A DNA stretch of 33,586 bases, from contig DATKUQ010000258.1 in assembly GCA_035530495.1 (NCBI GenBank), positions 1 to 33,586 on the forward strand. The letters are read 5' to 3'. The notes beneath the pieces are model-generated. The model saw nothing but the letters and a program-made list of their open reading frames with translations, ran no database searches and was not told the origin of the DNA. The stretch is from Burkholderiales bacterium. GTDB taxonomy: Bacteria; Pseudomonadota; Gammaproteobacteria; Burkholderiales; SG8-39. Position 1 is the stretch's first letter. Each line of letters starts with the position of its first letter. A program made the position numbers and the translations under genes. Below are positions 25,744 to 33,586 of this stretch, one piece after another.

Positions 25744-26289
25744 ATGCCCCAAGATCAGAATAATCTCGCCTGGTTAGACATGGAAATGACCGGACTCGAT
25801 CCCGACCGCGACAAAATTATCGAAGTCGCCATCGTGGTCACGGACTCGCAATTGAATACCCTGGCCGAGTCGCCGGTTCTGGTGGTGCACCAGGCTGACA
25901 GCGTGCTCGAGGCGATGGACGACTGGAACAAATCCACGCACGCGCGCTCCGGCCTCATTGCGAAAGTCAAGGCCTCGACGCTGGCGGAGGCGGAAGTCGA
26001 ACAGCGGTATCTCGATTTCCTCGCCCAGTACCTGCCCTCCAGGACCTCGCCGATCTGCGGCAATTCCATCTGCCAGGATCGCAGGTTCCTCGCGCGCCAT
26101 ATGCCGCGGCTGGAGGCCTATTTCCACTACCGCAACATCGACGTCAGCACGCTGAAGGAATTGGTGAAGCGCTGGAAACCGGAATTGGCCAAAGGGTTCA
26201 GCAAACACGGCAAGCACGAAGCGCTGGCCGACATCTACGAGTCGATCGAGGAACTCAAGTATTACCGCGAGCACTTCATAAAGCCGTGA
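25744..26289 (+). CDS. orn: Oligoribonuclease (181 aa)
   Basis: It has the DEDDh exonuclease motifs [24 protein letters not shown] and HEALADI. It is divergent from the M48-PCD-rsgA operon, and the orn/rsgA neighbourhood echoes the E. coli arrangement. Confidence 0.9.
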   Translation: MPQDQNNLAWLDMEMTGLDPDRDKIIEVAIVVTDSQLNTLAESPVLVVHQADSVLEAMDDWNKSTHARSGLIAKVKASTLAEAEVEQRYLDFLAQYLPSRTSPICGNSICQDRRFLARHMPRLEAYFHYRNIDVSTLKELVKRWKPELAKGFSKHGKHEALADIYESIEELKYYREHFIKP

Positions 26290-26365
26290 CCAGCGATGGG
26301 AGGGCGCATGAGCCGCGGCGTCGGAGCCTTGGCCTGGCCCGTGCGCCTTCCATGCATTAGCGGAT

Positions 26366-27751
26366 TCAAAGCGGCACCACCTTTCCCGGATTCATCAGGT
26401 TGTCGGGGTCGAACAGTCGCTTGATATCGCGCATCACGTCTACGGCTTCGCCCAGTTCCTCTTTCAGCCAGGACTGCTTGCCCAGACCGATTCCGTGTTC
26501 TCCGGTGCAGGTGCCTTCCATCGCGAGCGCGCGCTCGACCAGGCGCTTATTGAAGGACTTCGCGAGTTCCTGCTCTTCCGGCTTGTTCGGGTCGACCAGG
26601 AACATCAGGTGAAAGTTGCCATCGCCGACGTGTCCCAGCAAGGGCACAGGGCACAGGTAGCCGGCCACGTCCTTCATGGTTTCGGACACGCACTCCGCGA
26701 GCCGCGAAATCGGCACGCACACATCGGTCGAAATCGCGCGGCAGCCGGGGCGCAGCTGCAGGCCGGCGAAGTAGGCGTTGTGGCGCGCTTCCCACAGTTT
26801 TGTGCGGTCCTCGGCCCTGGTCGCCCACTGAAAATCCATGCCACCGTTCTCCTTTGCTATCTCCTGCACCGCCTCGGCCTGTTCCACCACGCTCGCCTGC
26901 GTGCCGTGGAATTCGAAGAACAGCGTCGGGGCGACGCGATAGTCGGTCTTGCTGTATTTATTGATGCAGCCGATCGCAGTCGCGTCCACGATTTCGCAGC
27001 GCGCCACCGGCACGCCCGCCTGTATGGTCTGAATAACGGTCCTGGTGCAGCCTTCGACCGAACCGAACGCGCATACCGCCGCCGACATCGCCTCCTGCAC
27101 CGCATACAGCTTCACCGTGATTTCGGTGATGACGCCGAGCGTCCCCTCCGAGCCGACGAACAGCCGCGTCAGGTCGTAGCCGGCCGCGGATTTTTTCGCC
27201 CGGCGCGCGGTTTTGATGATGCGTCCGTCGGCGAGTACCACGGTGAGTGAAATCACGTTCTCGCGCATGGTGCCGTAGCGCACCGCGTTGGTGCCCGAGG
27301 CGCGCGTCGCGGTCATGCCGCCTATGGTCGCATCGGCGCCGGGGTCGATGGGAAAGAACAGACCCGTGTGGCGGATATGCTCGTTCAGTTGCTTGCGCGT
27401 CACCCCCGCCTGCACTACTGCGTCGAGGTCGGCCTCGTGCACTGCGAGTACCCGGTTCATCTGGCTCAGGTCGAGACACACGCCGCCCTTCACCGCCAGG
27501 ATATGGCCCTCGAGCGAGGTGCCGACGCCATAGGGGATCATCGGCACGCGGTGGCGGCGGCAGATATTGACGATATCGCGCACTTCCTCCGTGGTTTGCG
27601 GAAACACAACGGCGTCAGGCGCAGCGTATGGAAAGTAAGATTCGTCCTTGCCGTGCTGCTCGCAGATGCCGCGCGCGATGGTGGCGCGCTCGCCCAGCAG
27701 GGCCTCGAGTTCGTTGACTAGCGTGGCGTTGAGTTCGCGCGGCTGGTTCAT
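26366..27751 (-). CDS. FAD-linked oxidase (D-lactate/D-2-hydroxyacid dehydrogenase, GlcD-like), 461 aa
   Basis: FAD_binding_4 motifs are present (PYGVGTSLEGH, GMTATRASG), along with a C-terminal GEHGIGLGK. The ATG at 27751 has the SD GAGGGA 7 nt upstream. Confidence 0.85.
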   Translation of the reverse strand: MNQPRELNATLVNELEALLGERATIARGICEQHGKDESYFPYAAPDAVVFPQTTEEVRDIVNICRRHRVPMIPYGVGTSLEGHILAVKGGVCLDLSQMNRVLAVHEADLDAVVQAGVTRKQLNEHIRHTGLFFPIDPGADATIGGMTATRASGTNAVRYGTMRENVISLTVVLADGRIIKTARRAKKSAAGYDLTRLFVGSEGTLGVITEITVKLYAVQEAMSAAVCAFGSVEGCTRTVIQTIQAGVPVARCEIVDATAIGCINKYSKTDYRVAPTLFFEFHGTQASVVEQAEAVQEIAKENGGMDFQWATRAEDRTKLWEARHNAYFAGLQLRPGCRAISTDVCVPISRLAECVSETMKDVAGYLCPVPLLGHVGDGNFHLMFLVDPNKPEEQELAKSFNKRLVERALAMEGTCTGEHGIGLGKQSWLKEELGEAVDVMRDIKRLFDPDNLMNPGKVVPL

Positions 27752-27910
27752 GGTGGCGTCCCTCAGTGATGCGATCGGCAATTATAGAAGCAGTGGCGGG
27801 GGTGAGCATAGCAAATCATTCTGGCGGCAGATCCGCGCGCCGGGTAGACACCGCCGGCCACGCATTCGCGCAGTTTGCGTGGGTTCGGGCTGCCAATCGG
27901 CCAGCTATCG

Positions 27911-27939
27911 TTGCCAGTTTACCGGGATCGCGGTAGATT
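27911..27939 (+). promoter_or_regulatory. Candidate promoter TTGCCA-N17-TAGATT upstream of the flavin reductase gene
   Basis: The -35 is at 27911-27916, the spacer is 17 nt, and the -10 is at 27934-27939. The same hexamer pair and the same GGTAGATTC 9-mer recur at 28821-28849. Confidence 0.4.
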
Positions 27940-28011
27940 CTTCGTGCGATACTGCGGCTGGCCCGCCGCCGACCCACGTTAGTTTTTAATTCTATCTTGC
28001 AAAGGAACGAC

Positions 28012-28638
28012 ATGACCGAATTCGACGCCGCCGCGCTCGACTGGCAAACGCAGTACAAGCTGTTGATCGGCAGCATCACGCCGCGGCCGATCGCGCTGGT
28101 GACCACGCTCGGCAGCCAGGGGCCGAATGCCGCCCCGTTCAGCTTTTTCAACGGCATCGGTTCCAATCCGGCCATGCTCATGTTCTCGGTCGGCGACAAG
28201 GACGGCGGCGCCAAGGACACCGTGGCGAACATCCGGGAAATTCCGGAGTTCGTCGTGCACATCGTGAGCGACGCGATCAAGGAAAAGATGAACATATGCG
28301 CGATCGACTATCCGCGCGGCGTGAACGAGATCACGGAGGCGGGTTTCACCGCGCTGGCGTCGACCAAGGTGCGGCCGCCGCGCATCGCGGAGGCGCCGGT
28401 TGCGTTCGAGTGCCGCCTGCTGCAGCGGCTGGAACTCGGCCGCGCGCCCTACCACCTGGTGATCGGCGAGGTCGTGTACTTCCATTTCCACGACGGCATT
28501 GTCGATGAAAAGTTTCACGTCGATGTCGGCAAAATCAACCCGATCGGCCGCCTCGCAGGCCGGGGCGGCTATACGCGCATCACCGACCGGTTCGAGATGC
28601 CGCGCCTCAAGTACGGTGGCGGCGTGATCGAAGATTGA
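28012..28638 (+). CDS. Flavin reductase-like FMN-binding (split-barrel) protein (208 aa)
   Basis: It carries ITPRPIALVTTLGSQGPNAAPFSFFN. The ATG at 28012 is preceded by AAAGGAA. Confidence 0.8.
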   Translation: MTEFDAAALDWQTQYKLLIGSITPRPIALVTTLGSQGPNAAPFSFFNGIGSNPAMLMFSVGDKDGGAKDTVANIREIPEFVVHIVSDAIKEKMNICAIDYPRGVNEITEAGFTALASTKVRPPRIAEAPVAFECRLLQRLELGRAPYHLVIGEVVYFHFHDGIVDEKFHVDVGKINPIGRLAGRGGYTRITDRFEMPRLKYGGGVIED

Positions 28639-28820
28639 ACCGTGGAGCTGCTGCCGCTGCGCGGCAATTTGGAGCGCTTTGCGGTCGAGGACGCGCACCG
28701 TAGAAATCGTTGCTGCCTTGTGCGCAAAGCTGGTGATCGGCGCGCCGCTTTGACGTCGACACCATGAAGGCTTGCGCGGCATGGAGCCCGCCTTTGGCAT
28801 TGAAGCTTGAGATGGATCAA

Positions 28821-28849
28821 TTGCCATCTGCCTTTCGCTGAGGTAGATT
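28821..28849 (+). promoter_or_regulatory. Candidate promoter TTGCCA-N17-TAGATT upstream of the cytochrome c gene
   Basis: The -35 is at 28821-28826, the spacer is 17 nt, and the -10 is at 28844-28849, which is 28 nt before the ATG. Confidence 0.45.
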
Positions 28850-28876
28850 CGGAATGTCAGTCACAAGGAGCAAGTC

Positions 28877-29260
28877 ATGAATGCCGGGTTCATAGCGGTA
28901 TCGAGAGGTTCGCTTGCCGCGCTGGCGGTACTTTCCTTGGCCGCATGCGCGCCTTCGGGCGTGAGTTACAAGAAGGACGTGCAGCCGATACTCACGAAGT
29001 ATTGCGCCGAATGCCACACCCCTGGTGGGAAGGGCTTCGTGGCGAGCGGACTGGATGTTACAAGCTACGCGACCCTGATGAAGGGCACCAAGTTCGGGAA
29101 GGTGGTAAAACCGGGCGACGCCCTGACGAGCACGCTCAACATGCTGGTCGAAGGCCGCGCGAACGCGGCGATCCGGATGCCGCACGGCCGGGCGAAACTG
29201 CCGGACAAGGATATCGCAACACTCAAGGCCTGGGTGAACGAGGGCGCCAAGGACAACTGA
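28877..29260 (+). CDS. Small mono-haem c-type cytochrome lipoprotein (127 aa)
   Basis: An SD AAGGAG lies 6 nt upstream. The signal peptide carries the lipobox LSLAAC. A single CAECH haem site sits in the context VQPILTKYCAECH, which resembles the PSCyt1-type cytochrome domain. Confidence 0.8.
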   Translation: MNAGFIAVSRGSLAALAVLSLAACAPSGVSYKKDVQPILTKYCAECHTPGGKGFVASGLDVTSYATLMKGTKFGKVVKPGDALTSTLNMLVEGRANAAIRMPHGRAKLPDKDIATLKAWVNEGAKDN

Positions 29261-29302
29261 CGCGCCAAGCTACCCGTTCGTTCGGCGGTTAGCAGGGTGT
29301 TG

Positions 29303-29354
29303 AAAAAAGGGGCCTAAGGAAGGGGTGGGTCCCTTCCTATCCTGGCCCCTTTTT
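29303..29354. terminator. Bidirectional intrinsic terminator between convergent genes
   Basis: An A6 run is followed by the outer stem GGGGCC (29309-29314) pairing with GGCCCC (29344-29349). The nested inner stem is AGGAAGGG (29317-29324) pairing with CCCTTCCT (29331-29338). A T5 run follows. Confidence 0.7.
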
Positions 29355-29462
29355 ATATTCCCCAAGTCGCTGCTGTCGAAAAGCGCTCCCCTGTGCGAGC
29401 GTAAGAGAATGTCCCACCTTTTGATATCCGGGAAGCGTTTTTCAATAGTCGATTGTTAGGTC

Positions 29463-30656
29463 TCAGCCCAAGGCGCCTGCAGCCTGCAGCGCGCCGATTT
29501 CCGCGTCGTCGAGCCCGAGCAATTCGTGCAGCACCACGGCCGTGTGCTCGCCCAGCGCCGGAGAAGGCGCGCGGATCGAGCCCGGCGTCTCCGACAGGCG
29601 CACCGGCACGCCGACGACGCGCAGCTTGCCCGCGCGCGGATGGTCGATCTCGACGATGGAGCCGCGCGCTTTGACCTGCGCATGGCCGACCACCTGAGCC
29701 AGGTTGTTGATGGCGCCGACCGGAATTCCGTTTTCGGTAAGCAGCGCCTCCCATTCCTCGTAGCTGCGGGCAAGAAACACCTGCTGCAGCCTTTCGATCA
29801 GCGCTTCGCGGTTGCGGTTGCGCTCGCCATTGCTGCGAAAGCGCGGGTCGTCGGCCAACTCGGGGCAACCGATCGCCGGGCAGAAGATCTTCCACAGCTT
29901 TTCGCTGCCCACGGCCAGCGCCAGGTCGCGCGTCTTGGTCTGAAACGTCTGGTAGGGCAGCAGCGCCTTGTAGGCGGTGCCCATCGGCCCGGGGATTTCC
30001 CCGGTGGCGCAATGGTTTGCGATCATGGTGCCGAGCAGCGCGAGCTGGCCTTCCATCATCGACACGTCTATGACCTGTCCGATGCCGGTCTTTTCCTTGG
30101 CCCGCAGCGCGAGCATGATGCCGAACGCGGCGTTCATGCCGGCGGTCATATCGGCGATGGAGACGCCGGCGCGGGCGCCGTGTCCGCCGGTTTCGCCGGT
30201 GACGCTGATCATGCCGCTCTCGGCCTGGAGAATCAGGTCGAGCGCGGGGCGGTCGCGGTAAGGGCCATCCTGGCCGAAGCCGGAAATCGAGCAGTAGATG
30301 ATGCCGGGGTTGCGCAGCCGCGCCGTTTCGTAGTCCAGGCCCAGGCGCGCGAGCGCGCCGGCGCGGTAGTTCTCCAGCACGACGTCGCAGCGCTCGACCA
30401 TGCGCAGAAAGGTTTCCTTGCCCCCCGGGTTCTTCAAATCGAGCACCATGCCCTGCTTGTTGCGATGCAGGCTCACGAAGTAATCCGTTTCCCCGCCCGG
30501 CAGGGGTGTGCCCCAGGCGCGCGCGATATCGCCCATTCCGGGCGGCTCGATCTTGATCACCTGCGCGCCGTAGTCGGCGAGCATGGCTGAACAGAACGGC
30601 CCGGCGAGCGCATGGCTCAGGTCGAGCACCTTGATGCCTTCCAGCGGCAGTTGCAT
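29463..30656 (-). CDS. Family III CoA-transferase (CaiB/BaiF type), 397 aa
   Basis: The N-terminal signature is GIKVLDLSHALAGPFCSAMLADYGAQVIKIEPP. Confidence 0.85.
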   Translation of the reverse strand: MQLPLEGIKVLDLSHALAGPFCSAMLADYGAQVIKIEPPGMGDIARAWGTPLPGGETDYFVSLHRNKQGMVLDLKNPGGKETFLRMVERCDVVLENYRAGALARLGLDYETARLRNPGIIYCSISGFGQDGPYRDRPALDLILQAESGMISVTGETGGHGARAGVSIADMTAGMNAAFGIMLALRAKEKTGIGQVIDVSMMEGQLALLGTMIANHCATGEIPGPMGTAYKALLPYQTFQTKTRDLALAVGSEKLWKIFCPAIGCPELADDPRFRSNGERNRNREALIERLQQVFLARSYEEWEALLTENGIPVGAINNLAQVVGHAQVKARGSIVEIDHPRAGKLRVVGVPVRLSETPGSIRAPSPALGEHTAVVLHELLGLDDAEIGALQAAGALG

Positions 30657-30774
30657 TGCGATTCCGGTGATGTGATGACAGTGCGCATTTTCTCATAGGA
30701 GCGCAGGAGGGGCTGCGCCGTTTGCCGCCGATTCCGAAAGTGCCGGCTTTGATTGCGGCGAGGGCATTGCCGCT

Positions 30775-30804
30775 AAAAAAGAAGGCCGTCTGCGCGAGAC
30801 GGCC
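30775..30804 (-). terminator. Rho-independent terminator of the 681-aa lipoprotein gene
   Basis: On the minus strand the sequence reads GGCCGTCT-cgcgc-AGACGGCC followed by TTCTTTTTT. It lies 81 nt downstream of the stop at 30886. Confidence 0.7.
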
Positions 30805-30885
30805 TGCTCGACTGACAATTTTGGGTACATCGACCTGCCCCAGGCCCGGTCTGCCAAATCGGGCTTTGGGGTCAGGTGCCGGCGA

Positions 30886-32931
30886 TCACGGGATTGTAAT
30901 CGTGTAGATCGCGTAGAAGCTCGCGAAGTCGCGCCCGTTCGCGTCCTCGGCCCACAGATGCGCTCCGTTCAAGCCGCCGGGAACATAATTGCCCGCGCTG
31001 TCGCAATGCGTATCGCTTGCCGATGCCGCGCTGCAGTAGATATTGCCGCTGCGGCTGGAGGATGCGACCGATGCGCTGTCATTGAAGCTGATAAAGTTTC
31101 CGGACACCGTCGCGCCGCCCCACACCGTGATGCCGGTCGGAGCCAGAGCGCCCGCAGGGACCGCCCAGTCCAGCGTAAGCGGACCGGTAGTCGGCGTCGG
31201 CAAGTACTTGCCGCCATTCCCGTTGTCCAAGGAGTTGTCCTTGACAAACGCGATGTCCGCCTCGGTGAGCGCGGCCAGCGGCTGCGTTTGCAGCTCGGCA
31301 ATGGTCATCGCCCGCGCGCGGGTCTTGTAGTACTGCGTCGCATCCGGCGTGGTCGTGGTATTGCCGGCCAGGTAGTAGTCGAATTTCCAGGTGCTTTGCG
31401 CCGGGATGGCGGAGATGTCGGCGTCGGCTAGAGGCGGAGAGGCGAAAAACAGACCGGCCTCGGCGTCGGCCGGATTCTTTGCACTGTTGGCCGGGTCGGT
31501 GTAGACGCTGCGGATGCGCAGATAATTCGTGTTCGTAGTGGCACCGTTTTTAACCAGTGGCAGATAGGAAGAACCCGCCGCGGGCTTCAAAGTGAGCACT
31601 CCGCCCCTGGGCGTGGTCACGACAACCTTGGTGAAGATGGAATTGCCGCTGGTGTCGTTCGTATTGTTGACCGATAGGTTATATCCGGTGCTGTAGTAGT
31701 CCGCGCCCGCCTCGTTGATGAAGGTGCGCAGCTGATGATAGGCATTCACGCCACCGCTATATTTGTACTGGTTGCCGATTGCCCTGAGCTTGTCGTCCGT
31801 GTCGTTGACCACCAGGGTGAAGTTTGACGAATTGCCCGCGCTGCTGGTGGCCCGATAGGCGATTACCAGATCCCCGTTGCCGCGCGTGAACTCGTAGCTG
31901 CCGCGATCGAAGTTCACCCCGGTGCCGGTGCCGAAAAGGTAGGAGAAGGCGCCTTTCGAGCTTACGGTTGCGCCATTGTTCAGGAAGCTTGCAGGGTCGC
32001 TGCCGACGAAGAGGTCTTTGCATTCCGGCGCGATGATGTCGGCCGCAGTGTTTCCACCAGGGCTCACGCGCTCGGCCTGCGGCAGTGCGTAGCAGGCGGT
32101 CATGCGCTGCAGGAAGTCGGCGATCAGCGCGGCCGTACCGCTCGGAACGAGGTCGGCGGCCGTCACTGTGGGAAGAGCCGCCGGAGGCGTCGTGGCGTCG
32201 GTGCCGCCCGTAAATCCGACGACGATCGGCTGCACGCCGTCGTCCAGCTTTTGTTTGACCGAGACTTCGATATTGACGGTCGTCGCGCTCGAAGGCGTAA
32301 TGCTGATCGCCAGCGAATCCAGCACCCGGTCGGCGCCGGTGCCGGCGGCGACCGCGGCCTGGATATTGCCGTTCAGCGGATCGGTGCTGTCGCCGACCGC
32401 GTCCATGACCGGCTGGATCAGGGCGACGACTTCGGCGACTTTGGCGGTGATTTTCGCCAGGTCTATTAGCGTCGGATCGGCCTGGATCTCGGTGGCGAGC
32501 TTCGCCGGGTCGCCCGAACTCGACAGGCGCGAGGCGATCAGATTGGTCACCGGGGTGATATTGGTCGTCGTGTCCTTGGCCTCGGCGACCACGCTGACCA
32601 GGCTGATGTCATCGCGCACGGCCGTGACCACGAACGGCGGCGTCGCAGTCAGCGGCAGGGTCACGGTGTAGCTGCCGTCGGCCCCGGTGACGACCGGATC
32701 TTCGCCGGCGGCGGGGTAGGTATTGCCCGCGGCATCGGTGATGGTGATGTTTGCGTTGTCCAGCGCCGCGCCGGTGGCGGCGGTGCCCGCGACGGTGAAG
32801 GTCGTGGCCACAGGCACCACGGCGGCCGGCGCAGCGTCACCGCCGCCGCCACCGCATGCGGTCAGGGTGAGAGCGCCGCCACACACCAAGGCTGCAGCGA
32901 GGGTCTTGAAAAGCAATCGTCGGTTGTTCAT
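30886..32931 (-). CDS. Large secreted lipoprotein of unknown function (681 aa)
   Basis: An SD AAGGAGA lies 7 nt upstream. The signal peptide has the lipobox TLTAC followed by a GGGGGD linker. An N-terminal beta-sandwich-like module (FTVAGTAATGAALDNANITITDAAGNTY...GADGSYTVTL) resembles carboxypeptidase-regulatory-like domains. The rest is rich in Thr, Ala, Gly, Asn and Ser, poor in charged residues, and has two closely spaced Cys pairs. I recognise no catalytic motif. Confidence 0.8.
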   Translation of the reverse strand: MNNRRLLFKTLAAALVCGGALTLTACGGGGGDAAPAAVVPVATTFTVAGTAATGAALDNANITITDAAGNTYPAAGEDPVVTGADGSYTVTLPLTATPPFVVTAVRDDISLVSVVAEAKDTTTNITPVTNLIASRLSSSGDPAKLATEIQADPTLIDLAKITAKVAEVVALIQPVMDAVGDSTDPLNGNIQAAVAAGTGADRVLDSLAISITPSSATTVNIEVSVKQKLDDGVQPIVVGFTGGTDATTPPAALPTVTAADLVPSGTAALIADFLQRMTACYALPQAERVSPGGNTAADIIAPECKDLFVGSDPASFLNNGATVSSKGAFSYLFGTGTGVNFDRGSYEFTRGNGDLVIAYRATSSAGNSSNFTLVVNDTDDKLRAIGNQYKYSGGVNAYHQLRTFINEAGADYYSTGYNLSVNNTNDTSGNSIFTKVVVTTPRGGVLTLKPAAGSSYLPLVKNGATTNTNYLRIRSVYTDPANSAKNPADAEAGLFFASPPLADADISAIPAQSTWKFDYYLAGNTTTTPDATQYYKTRARAMTIAELQTQPLAALTEADIAFVKDNSLDNGNGGKYLPTPTTGPLTLDWAVPAGALAPTGITVWGGATVSGNFISFNDSASVASSSRSGNIYCSAASASDTHCDSAGNYVPGGLNGAHLWAEDANGRDFASFYAIYTITIP

Positions 32932-33203
32932 GCGATGTTCTCCTTCAACGGGTCAATTGGCATTTTTTGAACTCAGAGCTCGGCCCCGTCTGGGACCGCC
33001 CGAGCCGTTGCTGCGACTTCGCAAATTTGCGCGTTCTCGCGTCGCGTGTTCGGCCTGGAGGCGATATTGGGCGCGCCGGAACATGAAAGGAATTCCCCAA
33101 TTGGCCAGCAGGCTTAGACGAAAGGATTAGCCATTCGGCTAGGGTGCGGCGGGCGCGCGGCTGCGGTATGCTCGCGCCGTATAGCCAATCAAGAGCGCGA
33201 GCC

Positions 33204-33586
33204 ATGACGATCTTGCTTATAGACGACCATCCCCTGCTCAGGGGCGGCATGCGGTTCCTGCTGCGCAGCCTCGATGCCGCGCTGGACATGGACGAAGCAG
33301 GCAGCGCAAGCGAGGCGCTCGAACTCGTTGCGGCGCGCAGCTACGACCTGGTGCTGCTCGACCTCAAGATGCCGGGCTTGAACGGCATGGACGCGCTCGC
33401 TGCGCTGCGCGCCGCCGTACCCGGGACGCCGCTGGTGGTTCTTTCCGCCGAGGATGATCCGGCCGTGGTGCGCGCCGCGATCGAGGGTGGCGCGATGGGT
33501 TTTATCCCCAAGTCGTCGACGCCGGAAGTGCTGATCGGGGCACTGCGCCTGGTGCTGTCCCAAGGCGTGTATCTACCACCCGCGGT
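33204..33586 (+). CDS. NarL/FixJ (LuxR)-family response regulator; receiver domain only, 3'-truncated by the window edge
   Basis: The frame is open from the ATG at 33204 to the window end, so it is absent from the supplied ORF track (no stop). It has MTILLIDDHPLLRGG, YDLVLLDLKMPGLNG, VVLSAEDD and GFIPKS. The supplied minus-strand ORF 33189-33563 is its antisense shadow. Confidence 0.8.
   Translation, partial: MTILLIDDHPLLRGGMRFLLRSLDAALDMDEAGSASEALELVAARSYDLVLLDLKMPGLNGMDALAALRAAVPGTPLVVLSAEDDPAVVRAAIEGGAMGFIPKSSTPEVLIGALRLVLSQGVYLPPA

Noticed and set aside
28793-28812. A TGGCA-containing string upstream of the cytochrome c gene as a possible sigma54 promoter. Similar strings occur at 32958-32975 and 13604-13620.
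   Set aside because: The spacing between GG and the downstream GC or GA does not fit the TGGCAC-N5-TTGC consensus in any of the three cases.
28639-28820. The 180-bp spacer after the flavin reductase gene reads like ordinary GC-rich coding sequence (TVELLPLRGNLERFAVEDA...), so it could be a gene remnant.
   Set aside because: The open frames are short and carry no recognisable motif. A pseudogene call cannot be supported without a database search.
33189-33563. The 124-aa minus-strand ORF from the supplied track at the right edge.
   Set aside because: The plus strand encodes a textbook NarL-type receiver domain (DDHPLLR, DLKMPGLNG) in a frame that has no stop before the window end. The minus ORF is its shadow.

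Overview
This is a 33.6-kb, visibly GC-rich chromosomal segment. Its gene content and protein motifs look betaproteobacterial, but that is inference because no search was possible. I call 32 protein-coding genes, two of them cut by the window edges. I find no rRNA or tRNA genes, no CRISPR array, no transposase, integrase or phage genes, and no recognisable defence genes.

From left to right the window holds:
1. A two-component cluster laid out as a split phosphorelay: a receiver, a CheY-like receiver, a 3xPAS histidine kinase, a stand-alone Hpt protein and an OmpR-type regulator.
2. A PP0621-family small protein, a PilS-like kinase and a sigma54-dependent PilR-like regulator, joined to ampD by ATGA stop/start overlaps.
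3. Class Ia ribonucleotide reductase genes nrdA and nrdB, with candidate NrdR boxes upstream.
4. A patch that looks AT-richer by eye: an orphan DUF2442 gene, a Lys/Ala/Pro-repeat histone H1-like gene and about 590 bp of non-coding DNA with a near-consensus promoter, all ahead of a lytic transglycosylase gene.
5. Housekeeping and metabolic genes: an aminotransferase, maeB, a patatin-like lipase, a PhaM-like protein, a quinone oxidoreductase, a CoA pyrophosphatase, a CobD/AmpE-like membrane protein, a tightly coupled M48 protease-PCD-rsgA-DUF2007 operon, orn, an FAD-linked oxidase, a flavin reductase, a small cytochrome c lipoprotein and a family III CoA-transferase.
6. A 681-aa lipoprotein of unknown function, divergent from a NarL/LuxR-type response regulator that runs off the right edge.

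My honest assessment is that this is mostly core genome, and I cannot point to a clear-cut novel multi-gene system. The best leads are the unknown large lipoprotein with its divergent regulator, the 590-bp non-coding region, the Lys-rich repeat protein with three A9 tracts, the split His-Asp-His-Asp relay, and two unusual translationally coupled operons. All functional calls come from motif recognition by eye. Nothing was searched or computed beyond manual counting.
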